Source: an uncultured Planctomycetia bacterium (lineage in GTDB: Bacteria; Omnitrophota; Gorgyraeia; 2-02-FULL-51-18). Taken from it: a stretch of 64,000 nt of DNA. The position numbers and the translations under genes are program-made. Shown here in pieces: positions 1-9,487 of this stretch (within the stretch, counting starts at the first letter, position 1; the number at the start of each line of letters is the position of its first letter). The stretch is taken from assembly GCA_964431835.1 (NCBI GenBank), contig CAYSKO010000001.1, positions 137,743 to 201,742 of the forward strand. Reading direction: 5' to 3'. Under the pieces are notes generated by a model, which was not told where the DNA came from, ran no database searches, and worked only from the letters and a program-made list of their open reading frames with translations.

Positions 1-83
1 CGATCGTCGCCAAAAGCCGGAGCGGCGAGGGCGCGACTTTCGTTATCTCGCTTCCGGCGTGATCCTTTGATAGAATAGGGCCC

Positions 84-893
84 ATGTCCGAATCGATCCC
101 GCAACCCCTCGACCAGATCATGACGAAGCTTGGCCTCTCCAACGCCCAGCTCGTCAACGCTTCGACCGAACAGCTCACTTTCAAGATGGTCCAAAAGGGC
201 CGCCGCGGCCGCAGGCTCACGCCGAACGTCCAGGAGAAGATCCTGAACGCGCTCCACGCCGCCCACCCCGAGCTTCGCTTGCGCCGCCGCGATCTTTTCC
301 GGTACGAGATGAACCCGATCATGGTGGAGACGATCCGGCAATCGCTGGAACTCGCCACGAAAGGGGAAGTCACCTACCCGCAGCTGGTCGATCTATTGGC
401 CGCCGCGGGAATCACGGGATACAAAGCCGAAGTCGGGCCGAACCGCTATACTTTCTACGGAACCGGCGGCGAGGCGCACGTGGAAGAGGGGCCCGCGGTC
501 GTCGAGGGCTCGCTCGGAAGGTACGACGAGACCGCGCTCAAAGCCGTGGTCGCCGTCGCGAAGAAAAAAGTCATCGACCATCCCGAGTTTCTGCGGAAGA
601 TCCACGCGGCGGGAATTTCGGTTTACGACGTGAATATCCGGAAGCGCTTCATCGATTACAAGGGCGAAAAAGACTCGTACCGCGAGAACGTTCCCGTTTA
701 CGTTCCGGAAGCGCCGAAGGCAGCGGAACCCGCGGCCGAAAAGGCCGCACCCAAGGTTTCCGCCAAAAAACCCTCCAAGGCCAAGAAGAAGCGTCCGGGC
801 ATCGTCCGGACGACCCGGAAGCAAAGGCTCACCTTCCGCAGGAAACTTCGAGCTTCGAAAAAAGCGAAGCGTCCGAAGAAGAAGCGGGCGTAG
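84..893 (+). CDS. DUF1398-like protein with C-terminal lysine/alanine/proline-rich histone H1-like tail
   Basis: ATG at 84. Middle region YPQLVDLLAAAGITGY...YTFYG and the second half AAGISVYDV resemble the two-repeat DUF1398 fold. The last ~60 aa are KKPSKAKKKRP...KKKRA. Confidence 0.5.
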   Translation: MSESIPQPLDQIMTKLGLSNAQLVNASTEQLTFKMVQKGRRGRRLTPNVQEKILNALHAAHPELRLRRRDLFRYEMNPIMVETIRQSLELATKGEVTYPQLVDLLAAAGITGYKAEVGPNRYTFYGTGGEAHVEEGPAVVEGSLGRYDETALKAVVAVAKKKVIDHPEFLRKIHAAGISVYDVNIRKRFIDYKGEKDSYRENVPVYVPEAPKAAEPAAEKAAPKVSAKKPSKAKKKRPGIVRTTRKQRLTFRRKLRASKKAKRPKKKRA

Positions 894-959
894 CCGAAGC
901 AGTCCGTTCCTCCGCCGGCAATTCACGCGGGCGGCATTCCGTTTTCCCGAGGATCGCGC

Positions 960-3332
960 ATGGTCGTCCACATAGAAGTGTATTTCCGCAGGCTGAGGCG
1001 AGTCTTCAGCCGGAGCCAGTGGCTCGCGAAGCTGCTTCATCTGCCCGCGGAAAAAGGCGCGCCGACCCGGCCTGGTCTCGTGATGATCCAGATCGACGGC
1101 CTCGGACTCAAGCATCTCGAGCGCGGGATGAAGGAGGGGCGGATGCCTTTTCTTTCAAAGCTCGCCGGCCGCGAAGGATACAAGCTCTACCGTCATTACT
1201 CCGGAGTTCCCTCCAATACACCCGCCGTTCAGGGGGCGCTTTTTTACGGCGTGAAGGCGTGTGTGCCCGCGTTCAGCTTCAAAAAACGCGAGAGCGGCCA
1301 GATCCATATGCTCTTCAATCCCGTTTCGGCCTCGGCCGTGCAAAAATGCCTCGAGGAAAAAACCGGCAAGCCGGGGCTCCTGGACGGCGGCAGCGCTTAC
1401 GGCAACATTTTCACGGGCGGCGCGAAAGAAGCTCATTTCTGCGCCGCGGGGATCGGATGGGGGAGTATGTTGAAAGCGGTGAATCCCCTGGGTTTGCCGC
1501 TGACGATCGTCCTCAATCTCCACGTCGTGGCGCGTGCGATTTTATTCGTAGCGGTGGAATTCGTCATTGCGCTCGTCGACTGCGTGCGCGGCATCGCCGC
1601 GGGCAAAGCGGTCCTCAAAGAACTTGTTTTCATCCCGCTCCGCATGATGGTTTGCGTCCTTTTGCGCGACGCGAGCGCGGAAGGAGCGAAGATCGACGTC
1701 ACGCGCGGCCTCCCGGTCGTGCACGTTAATCTCGCGGGTTTCGACGAGCAGGCGCATCACCGCGGTCCGAGTTCCTCCTTCGCGATGTGGTCTCTCAAGG
1801 GGATCGACGACGTCATCCGCGGAATCCACCGGGCGGCGCTCGAGGCTCCGAACCGCGATTACGACGTTTTTGTCTATTCGGACCACGGGCAGGAAGACGT
1901 GCAGCCATACCGACAGGAATTTGGCCGGAGCATCCAGGAGGCCGTCACCGAAATTTTCAAGGAAAAGATCGAAACCGACAAGTGGCATGTCGACTTCGTC
2001 CGTTCGCCCAAGCGCAACCGCGCGTACCTCATGCGGAACCGCGAGCGCGCCGCGCGCTCTCCGAAGAGCCCCGTGCCACCCCAAAAGGAAGCTGAGAAAA
2101 AAATGCAGGTGATCGTGACGGCGATGGGGCCCGTCGGCCATATTTACCCGCCTGTTCCTCTCACGAAAGACGAAAAAAAGACGCTGGCGCGCGGGCTCGT
2201 GACCGCCGCGAAGATTCCATTCGTCATGACCGCCGCCGAGCCGGGCAAAGCGCTCGCCTGGAACGCCGAGGGCGAATTCACGCTTCCGGAAGACGGCGCG
2301 CGCGTGATCGACAAGGCGCACCCCTTTTTCGAAAACGTCGTGGCCGATCTCGTCGATCTGTGCCATCACGACGACGCCGGCGAGCTTCTTACGTTCGGAT
2401 GGCGCGACAAAGGAAAGCCGCTCACGTTCATGGGGGAGCTCGGCAGCCATGCGGGGCCAGGGATGGTCGAGACCACCGCGTTCGCTCTACTGCCTTCCGA
2501 CGCCCTGCCCCGGCGCAAAAAAGAATGGATCGACACGCTCGACCTACGCGCGGCCGCGGAGCGATCGCTCAAGCGCGACGACGACGGACCGTTCGGCGAA
2601 GAGGGGGACGAGCCGCCGGCGGCTTTCCGTCTTATGACCTACAACGTCCATGGATGTCTGGGGCGCGACGGGAAAATTTCCCCGACGCGCATGGCCCGCA
2701 TCGTGGCCCGCCAGCGGCCCGACGTGGTCTGCCTGCAGGAACTGGACCCGGTGGGAGAAGCGCACCAGGCGGACCTCCTCGCGAAGAAGCTGGGGATGAA
2801 TTTTCATTACTTTTCGCCGTTGAAAGGCGGCCGGCGTCGGAGTCTGGCGGTGCTCAGCCGCCATCCGCTCAAGCTCGTGAAGACCGGTTTTTTGCCTCGC
2901 CTGGCGAACACCGCTCTTTTGGAGCCGCGGGGCGCGATCTGGGTCGAGATCGAACTCGGCGGGAAGAAGATACAGCTCGTGAACACGCACCTCAGCCTCT
3001 CGCCGCATGAAGCGCTGCGTCAGGCGGACGCGCTCGTCGGCGCCGAATGGCTCGGCGGTTTCACCGGGGACGGCCCTCTCATCGTCTGCGGCGATTTCAA
3101 CGCGGAGCCAACCTCCGGCGTCTGCGGTAAAATATGTAAGACGCTGAAAAACGTGCAGGACGGACGGGGTTCGCGCATCAAGACGTTCCCGAGCTATTAC
3201 CCGCTCCGCGCGCTTGACCACGTGTTCGTCGGACCGGGAGTGAAAGCGCTCCACGTTTCCGCGCCTGCCACGGAACTCGAACGACTGGCGTCCGACCACC
3301 TGCCGCTCGTGACTGACTTGGAGATCGAGTGA
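960..3332 (+). CDS. Two-domain phosphoesterase: N-terminal alkaline-phosphatase-superfamily phosphodiesterase-like domain fused to C-terminal endonuclease/exonuclease/phosphatase (EEP) domain
   Basis: N-terminal motifs IQIDGLG...YSGVPSNTPAVQGALFYG and VYSDHGQ fit the AlkP/NPP family. C-terminal YNVHGCLG...VVCLQELD...NTHLS...DHLPL fits EEP. An alternative start is the ATG at 1083. Confidence 0.6.
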   Translation: MVVHIEVYFRRLRRVFSRSQWLAKLLHLPAEKGAPTRPGLVMIQIDGLGLKHLERGMKEGRMPFLSKLAGREGYKLYRHYSGVPSNTPAVQGALFYGVKACVPAFSFKKRESGQIHMLFNPVSASAVQKCLEEKTGKPGLLDGGSAYGNIFTGGAKEAHFCAAGIGWGSMLKAVNPLGLPLTIVLNLHVVARAILFVAVEFVIALVDCVRGIAAGKAVLKELVFIPLRMMVCVLLRDASAEGAKIDVTRGLPVVHVNLAGFDEQAHHRGPSSSFAMWSLKGIDDVIRGIHRAALEAPNRDYDVFVYSDHGQEDVQPYRQEFGRSIQEAVTEIFKEKIETDKWHVDFVRSPKRNRAYLMRNRERAARSPKSPVPPQKEAEKKMQVIVTAMGPVGHIYPPVPLTKDEKKTLARGLVTAAKIPFVMTAAEPGKALAWNAEGEFTLPEDGARVIDKAHPFFENVVADLVDLCHHDDAGELLTFGWRDKGKPLTFMGELGSHAGPGMVETTAFALLPSDALPRRKKEWIDTLDLRAAAERSLKRDDDGPFGEEGDEPPAAFRLMTYNVHGCLGRDGKISPTRMARIVARQRPDVVCLQELDPVGEAHQADLLAKKLGMNFHYFSPLKGGRRRSLAVLSRHPLKLVKTGFLPRLANTALLEPRGAIWVEIELGGKKIQLVNTHLSLSPHEALRQADALVGAEWLGGFTGDGPLIVCGDFNAEPTSGVCGKICKTLKNVQDGRGSRIKTFPSYYPLRALDHVFVGPGVKALHVSAPATELERLASDHLPLVTDLEIE

Positions 3333-5173
3333 AATCCATGGAAGCCCCCCTCAAATATCCTTACGGACTCATCGGCAACTGCCTGAGCGCGGCCCTCGTC
3401 TCGACCGACGGAAGCGTCGACTGGATGTGCATGCCTTATCTGGATTCCTCGTCCGTCTTTGCGAAGATCCTCGACACGGAAAAAGGAGGCTCGTTCAAGA
3501 TCGAGGGAGTGAACACGGTCCGCACGAGCCAGGAGTACGTGCGCTTCACGCCCATCCTCCGCACGCGTATCGAGACGACCGAAGGCGTCTTCGACGTCTA
3601 CGACTTCATGCCACGCTTCCTTTTGCCGGACGGAAATAATTTCTACTGCCCGTCCGAGATCCAGCGGAGCGTCCGGCTCATCTCGGGAAAGCCGAAGATC
3701 CGTGTCATCCTCGACGCGCGCCCGAATTACGGCGCCAGCGGCGTGCGGGTGGAAAACCACGGCGAGTTCCTGAAGTACGTCACCGACGCCGGTGAATACC
3801 ACAGTTATTACTTCTACACCGACGCCGATTTCGCGAACGTTCTAGAGCGCCGGGAGTTCGAGCTGACGCGCTCGATGTATTTCGTCCTTTCGTACCACCA
3901 GAAGATCCGGCCGTTCAACGCCGACCGCTCCTATGTGGAATTCGAACAGACGAAGAGCCACTGGCTGAGCTGGGCGAGCCGCACGAGCTACCCCGAGCGC
4001 CACCGCGAGCAGATCATCCGGTCGCTCATCACGCTCAAGCTCATGATGTACCAGCGGACCGGCGCGGTCATCGCAGCCCCGACCACCTCGCTTCCCGAGA
4101 TTGCAGGGAAGGACCGTAACTGGGATTACCGCTTCTGCTGGATCCGCGACGCGTCGATGATCATCGAGCTTTTTGCGCGTCTCGGCCACGGAGGCTCCTC
4201 GACCGGCTACATGAATTTCATCCTGGACCGGATGCTTCTTAAGAACGACGGCATCTCGGTTATGTACGGCATCCACGGCGAGAAGGTGCTCACCGAGAAG
4301 ATGCTGATGCATCTCGAGGGGTATCTCGGCTCGAAGCCGGTCCGCATCGGGAACGCCGCGCACACACAGACGCAGAACGACGTGTACGGCGAGCTCATCG
4401 ACGCGATCTACACGTTCTTCGAGGCTCAAGGGGGCGTGGGTTTCCATTTTGACCAAGAGCTTTGGACCGCGGTGCGTTCGCTCGTGAACTTTTCCCGCGC
4501 CACGTGGGAAACGCCCGACAACGGCATCTGGGAGTACCGCGGAGAGGTCCAGCACCACGTTTTTTCCAAGCTTATGAACTGGGTCGCGATGGACCGCGCG
4601 GGCCGGATCGCCCAGAGCATTGGCAAAAAGGCCTACGCCGAGGATTATTTCAAGACGGCCGAGCGCATCCGCGAAGACATCTTGAAGAACGGCTGGAATG
4701 AGAAGGTTCAGGCTTTCACGATGTACTACGGCTCGGACAACGCCGACGCGTCCGTGCTCCTCATGCTCCACTACGGTTTCCTCCCGAAAACCGACCCGCG
4801 CATGATTTCGACGGTGGATTTCTGCTACCGCGAACTTTTGCGCGATGGTGTCGTCATGCGTTACACGGCCTCCGATGACTTCGGCCGGCCGGAGAACGCC
4901 TTCCTCATCTGCACGTTCTGGATGGTGAACGCGCTTTACCTCGTCGGCCGCCAAAAAGAGGCCCGAACGATCTTCGATTCCGCGCTCGCCTCGGCCAACC
5001 ACCTCGGCCTCATGTCGGAGGGGCTTCAGCCCTCGACAGGCCGGCAGGTGGGGAACTTCCCGCAAGGCTACTCGCACATGGCGTTCATCCAATCGGCGAT
5101 GCTTCTCGAGACGGATTACGAATGGGGCTCGATGCGCGAGAAGTACGCGACGGGCCGAACCCGCGAAGAATAG
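3329..5173 (+). CDS. Glycoside hydrolase family 15 (glucoamylase/trehalase-like)
   Basis: N-terminus YGLIGNCLSAALVSTDGSVDWMCMP is the GH15 signature, and the size (614 aa) fits. GTG at 3329 overlaps the upstream stop; an ATG at 3338 is also possible. Confidence 0.8.
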   Translation: MKSMEAPLKYPYGLIGNCLSAALVSTDGSVDWMCMPYLDSSSVFAKILDTEKGGSFKIEGVNTVRTSQEYVRFTPILRTRIETTEGVFDVYDFMPRFLLPDGNNFYCPSEIQRSVRLISGKPKIRVILDARPNYGASGVRVENHGEFLKYVTDAGEYHSYYFYTDADFANVLERREFELTRSMYFVLSYHQKIRPFNADRSYVEFEQTKSHWLSWASRTSYPERHREQIIRSLITLKLMMYQRTGAVIAAPTTSLPEIAGKDRNWDYRFCWIRDASMIIELFARLGHGGSSTGYMNFILDRMLLKNDGISVMYGIHGEKVLTEKMLMHLEGYLGSKPVRIGNAAHTQTQNDVYGELIDAIYTFFEAQGGVGFHFDQELWTAVRSLVNFSRATWETPDNGIWEYRGEVQHHVFSKLMNWVAMDRAGRIAQSIGKKAYAEDYFKTAERIREDILKNGWNEKVQAFTMYYGSDNADASVLLMLHYGFLPKTDPRMISTVDFCYRELLRDGVVMRYTASDDFGRPENAFLICTFWMVNALYLVGRQKEARTIFDSALASANHLGLMSEGLQPSTGRQVGNFPQGYSHMAFIQSAMLLETDYEWGSMREKYATGRTREE

Positions 5174-5185
5174 AGCATACCCGCC

Positions 5186-7090
5186 TTGGCCCTCATCAGC
5201 ATCATCGAAGTCTCGCTCGCCCTCGGCGGCCCCCTCCTTTTCGACGGGGTGAGCCTGCAGGTGGAGTCCGGCGAGCGCATCGCTCTCCTCGGCCGCAATG
5301 GGGCCGGCAAGACCACTCTCATGAAGGTCATCGCCGGCGAGATGAAGGTCGACAAGGGCGAGATCGGCTATCAGAAGGGAATCAAGGTCGCGCACCTTCC
5401 GCAAGAGGTACCCACCGGCGTCACCGGCGTCGTGTACGACATCGTCCTCTCAGGGCTTCCGGAACGCGTGAAGCTCCTCGGCGAATTTCACCGCCTCCAT
5501 CACCGCCTCGAGACCGAACACACCGAGCAGCTCATGGGCCAGCTCGACGCGCTTCAGGCCGAGATGGACCGCACGAACGGCTGGGAGACCGAGCGCCAGA
5601 TCGAGGAAGTCCTTTCGCACATGAAGCTCGACCCCGACGCCGCGTTCGAATCGCTCTCCGGCGGTCAAAAAAGAAAAGTTCTCTTGGCTCGTGCGCTGGT
5701 TCTCCGGCCCGAAGTCCTCCTTCTCGACGAACCGACGAACCACCTCGACACCGATTCCATCGAATGGCTCGAAGGCTATCTCAAGGATTACCCCGGCACC
5801 CTCTTTTTCGTCACGCACGACCGCATGTTCATGACGCGTCTGGCGACGAAGATCGTCGAGCTCGACCGGGGCAAGCTCTACGCCTGGACCTGCGACTACC
5901 CGACGTTCCTCGAGCGCAAGAAGCTCGCGCTTCACACCGAGGCGATGGAGTGGGAGAAGTTCGACAAGAAACTCGCCCAGGAAGAAGTCTGGATCCGGCA
6001 GGGCATCAAGGCGCGGCGCACCCGCAATGAGGGCCGCGTGCGGGCGCTCGAGCGCCTGCGCGAAGAAAAGAAATCGCAGCGCCAGCTCATCGGCAAGGTC
6101 CGCATGAAGGCGCAGGAAGCCGAGCGTTCCGGCGCAGTCGTTACGAAAGCCGAGAACGTGTCGGTCGCGTTCGGCGAGAAGCGGCTCGTCCGCGATTTTT
6201 CGATCCGCATTCTCCGCGGGGACCGGATCGGGCTCATCGGCCCCAACGGCTGCGGCAAGACGACGCTCCTACGCACGCTCCTCGGGAAGCTCGAGCCGCA
6301 GTCCGGAACGGTGACGCTCGGCACGAACCTCGAGATATCCTATTACGACCAGCTGCGCGAGCAGCTCGACGAGAACAAATCGGTGACGGAGAACGTGAGC
6401 GGGGAAACCGACACGGTCGTGATCGACGGGCGGCCGCGCCACGTGCTCGGTTACCTGCAGGAATTCCTTTTCTCGCCGGACCGCGCGCGTACGAAGGTGA
6501 GGGTTCTCTCGGGCGGCGAGCGGAACCGGCTCCTTCTGGCACGTCTTTTCACGCGCACGTCGAACCTGCTCGTCATGGACGAGCCCACGAACGACCTGGA
6601 CGTGGAGACGCTCGAGCTCTTGGAAGAACTTCTAGTCTCTTATTCGGGAACGCTGCTCCTGGTCAGCCACGACCGCGCGTTTCTCAACAACGTCGTGACG
6701 TCGACCATCGTGTTCGAAGGAGACGGCGTCGTGTATGAACATCCGGGCGGTTACGACGACTGGCTGAACCGCCGCGAACTCGAGCCGGAGTCGCGAGAGC
6801 CGGAACGGAACGTCGAGAGCGCGCCCAAACGACCGGCTCCCGCGCCTGCCGTCGCCGCGGCGAAGCCCAAGAAGCTTTCCTCCAAGGAGCGCAAAGAACT
6901 CGAAGCGCTTCCGGCGCTCATCGAAAAGCTGGAAGCCGAGCAGGCTCAAATCGTCCAAAAGATGTCGAGCCCCCATTTTTCGATGAAGGACGTGGGAAAG
7001 ATCGCGGAGATCAAAGCGCGCCTGGCGGCACTGACGGAGGAGCTCAAGGCGGCGTACGCCCGCTGGGAAGCCCTGGAGGGTTCCGTATAA
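5186..7090 (+). CDS. uup: ABC-F family ATPase Uup (two ABC cassettes plus C-terminal coiled coil)
   Basis: Two Walker A motifs (GRNGAGKTT and GPNGCGKTT), LSGGQ/LSGGE signatures, and a charged coiled-coil tail. TTG start. Confidence 0.85.
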   Translation: MALISIIEVSLALGGPLLFDGVSLQVESGERIALLGRNGAGKTTLMKVIAGEMKVDKGEIGYQKGIKVAHLPQEVPTGVTGVVYDIVLSGLPERVKLLGEFHRLHHRLETEHTEQLMGQLDALQAEMDRTNGWETERQIEEVLSHMKLDPDAAFESLSGGQKRKVLLARALVLRPEVLLLDEPTNHLDTDSIEWLEGYLKDYPGTLFFVTHDRMFMTRLATKIVELDRGKLYAWTCDYPTFLERKKLALHTEAMEWEKFDKKLAQEEVWIRQGIKARRTRNEGRVRALERLREEKKSQRQLIGKVRMKAQEAERSGAVVTKAENVSVAFGEKRLVRDFSIRILRGDRIGLIGPNGCGKTTLLRTLLGKLEPQSGTVTLGTNLEISYYDQLREQLDENKSVTENVSGETDTVVIDGRPRHVLGYLQEFLFSPDRARTKVRVLSGGERNRLLLARLFTRTSNLLVMDEPTNDLDVETLELLEELLVSYSGTLLLVSHDRAFLNNVVTSTIVFEGDGVVYEHPGGYDDWLNRRELEPESREPERNVESAPKRPAPAPAVAAAKPKKLSSKERKELEALPALIEKLEAEQAQIVQKMSSPHFSMKDVGKIAEIKARLAALTEELKAAYARWEALEGSV

Positions 7091-7150
7091 ATTAATGTTT
7101 TTTTAATCGGATTCTAATGATTCATCGTTTAGATTAGTTCTTTCGCACCC
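7091..7150 (+). promoter_or_regulatory. AT-rich phased TAATC-hexamer module (copy A), uup to katE
   Basis: ATTAATGtttttTAATCGgattcTAATGA...: hexamers at 11-bp spacing, beginning directly after the uup stop TAA. Confidence 0.4.
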
Positions 7151-7181
7151 TCCCAAGTGTCAGGCTAACCGAAAGAAAACG

Positions 7182-9389
7182 ATGAAAAAATCCGATCGCA
7201 ACAATCCCGGTTCCAAGCCCATCCCCTACCTGAAAGACGCCAAAAAGAAACCGGTCACCAACGACAAGGTGGCGGACCTCCAGAAAAACACTGAAAAAGG
7301 AGTCGAAGATTCCTTTTTAACGACGAATACCGGCCTCCGGATTAACGACGATCAGAACTCGCTCAAAGCTGGGGACCGCGGCCCGTCCCTCCTCGAAGAC
7401 TTTCATTTAAGGGAAAAGATCACTCATTTCGACCACGAGCGCATCCCGGAGCGGATCGTTCATGCCCGGGGATCCGCGGCGCACGGTTTTTTCCAGGTTT
7501 ACGAATCTCTCGCGCCGTTGACCAAGGCGAAATTCCTCCAAGACCCCGCGGCAAAAACCCCGGTCTTCGTCCGCTTTTCGACGGTAGCTGGTTCGCGCGG
7601 CTCGACGGACTTGGCCCGTGACGTGCGCGGCTTCTCGGCCAAGTTTTACACCGAAGAGGGGAATTACGACCTCGTCGGCAACAACATGCCCGTGTTCTTC
7701 ATCCAGGACGCCATGAAGTTCCCGGATCTCGTTCACGCGGTCAAGCCCGAGCCGCATCACGAGATGCCTCAAGCGGCATCCGCCCACGACACCTTCTGGG
7801 ATTTCATCTCCCTGATGCCGGAATCCGCGCACATGGTCATGTGGCTTATGTCCGACCGCGCGATTCCCCGCAGTTACCGGATGATGGAAGGCTTCGGCGT
7901 CCACACCTTCCGCCTGATCAACGAAAAAGGCAAGGCGCGGTTCGTGAAGTTCCATTGGAAACCCGTTCTCGGCCTCCAATCGGTGGTTTGGGACGAGGCT
8001 CAGAAAATTTCCGGAAAAGACCCTGATTTTCACCGGCGGGATCTCTGGGAATCGATCGAGAACGGCGATTATCCGGAATGGGAACTCGGTCTCCAGATCG
8101 TCGAAGAGGAAGACGAGCACAAATTCGATTTCGACCTGTTGGACCCCACCAAGCTCATTCCCGAGGAGCTAGTGCCCGTTCGGCGGGTCGGCAAGCTCAC
8201 GCTGAACCGGAACCCCGACAATTTCTTCGCGGAAACGGAACAGGTGGCGTTTCATCCCGGCCACGTCGTCTCGGGGATCGATTTCTCGAACGACCCCCTT
8301 CTTCAGGGGAGGCTTTTTTCCTATACGGACACGCAGCTCATCCGGCTCGGGGGGCCTAACTTCAACGAGCTTCCGATCAACCGGCCGATCGCCCCGGTGC
8401 ACAACAATCAGCGCGACGGGTTCGGTCGGCAGACGATCAACCCCGGCTCGGTCAGCTACGAGCCAAATTCGATCGGCGGGGGGATGCCCGCCCAGGCGAA
8501 AGCGGCGATGGGCGGTTTCGTCAGCCATATGGAGAAAATAAGCGCGGCGAAGATACGCGGACGGAGCGAAAGCTTCCTGGATCATTTCAGTCAGGCGGCG
8601 CTTTTTTTCAACAGCCAGTCCGAAACGGAAAAAACGCACATGGTCCAGGCGCTCCGCTTCGAACTTGGGAAAGTGGAACGCCCGGAGATCCGGAAGCGGA
8701 TGGTGGGCATTCTTTCGCTCATCGACAAATCCCTCGCCGAACGCGTGGCCAAGGGCCTCGGCATCGAAGTGCCCGTCCCGGAGCAGCCGATCAACCACAG
8801 CGTCCCGGCGGACGCCGATCCGGCGAAACTGCAGCCGAAGCGCGTCAAAAAACAGCAGGCGCCTTCTCCCGCGCTCAGCATCGCCCGCGCTCCAAAGAAG
8901 GGAATCAAGACGCGGAAGGTCGCGTTTCTGGCCGCCGACGGCGTGGACGACGATTCGCTGGAGTCCGTGAAGGAGGCCCTTCTAGCCGAAGGAGCTCTCG
9001 TGAAGATCGTGGCGCCGAGGCTCGGGTTCCTGCGAAGCGCGAAAGGAAAGGAAATAAAGATCGATTTCAGTCTGCTCACGACCGCGTCGGTTCTCTTCGA
9101 CGCGGTGTACGTGCCGGGCGGCGAGAAGAGTGTCACGGCGCTCAAGGAAGAGGCCTCCGCGATCCACTTCGTCAATGAGGCGTACAAGCACTGCAAATCC
9201 GTCGCGGCGGCGGGGGCGGGTCTCAAGCTGATCGAGGCTTCCTTCATTGGCACCGGAAGTGAAGAGGCTGGCGTGGTTTTAAGCGCGGATCCGAAAGCAC
9301 CGAAGCTGGCTAAAGCCTTCGTGAAGGCGATCGAGGAGCAGCGCCACTGGAGCCGGGAAACGAAGGACGAGGTCCCCGTCCCGGCTTGA
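7182..9389 (+). CDS. katE: Large-subunit catalase HPII with C-terminal DJ-1/PfpI-like domain
   Basis: [33 protein letters not shown] and a 735-aa length are typical of HPII catalase. Confidence 0.9.
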   Translation: MKKSDRNNPGSKPIPYLKDAKKKPVTNDKVADLQKNTEKGVEDSFLTTNTGLRINDDQNSLKAGDRGPSLLEDFHLREKITHFDHERIPERIVHARGSAAHGFFQVYESLAPLTKAKFLQDPAAKTPVFVRFSTVAGSRGSTDLARDVRGFSAKFYTEEGNYDLVGNNMPVFFIQDAMKFPDLVHAVKPEPHHEMPQAASAHDTFWDFISLMPESAHMVMWLMSDRAIPRSYRMMEGFGVHTFRLINEKGKARFVKFHWKPVLGLQSVVWDEAQKISGKDPDFHRRDLWESIENGDYPEWELGLQIVEEEDEHKFDFDLLDPTKLIPEELVPVRRVGKLTLNRNPDNFFAETEQVAFHPGHVVSGIDFSNDPLLQGRLFSYTDTQLIRLGGPNFNELPINRPIAPVHNNQRDGFGRQTINPGSVSYEPNSIGGGMPAQAKAAMGGFVSHMEKISAAKIRGRSESFLDHFSQAALFFNSQSETEKTHMVQALRFELGKVERPEIRKRMVGILSLIDKSLAERVAKGLGIEVPVPEQPINHSVPADADPAKLQPKRVKKQQAPSPALSIARAPKKGIKTRKVAFLAADGVDDDSLESVKEALLAEGALVKIVAPRLGFLRSAKGKEIKIDFSLLTTASVLFDAVYVPGGEKSVTALKEEASAIHFVNEAYKHCKSVAAAGAGLKLIEASFIGTGSEEAGVVLSADPKAPKLAKAFVKAIEEQRHWSRETKDEVPVPA

Positions 9390-9392
9390 GGT

Positions 9393-9456
9393 CTTTTTTA
9401 ATTTTTAATGTATTTCTAATCTATTTCTAATCCTTCTCTGCCATACTATTCGTTCT
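9393..9456 (+). promoter_or_regulatory. AT-rich phased TAATC-hexamer module (copy B), katE to BNR gene
   Basis: TAATGTatttcTAATCTatttcTAATCCttctc... followed by CATACT. Confidence 0.4.
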
Positions 9457-9487
9457 TTAGCGTTCGCTTACTATTAACAGCAGCGGG

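Noticed and set aside
393-1115. Long minus-strand ORFs antisense to clear + strand genes. Examples: 393-1115, 1542-2450, 2544-3299, 3842-5404, 9956-11416, 23586-24506, 38467-39462, 42712-43569, 52400-53062, 53818-54699, 56749-57570, 58528-59523.
   Set aside because: Their translations are Arg/Ala/Gly/Pro-rich and low-complexity, typical of GC-rich antisense frames. They overlap genes with strong homology signatures.
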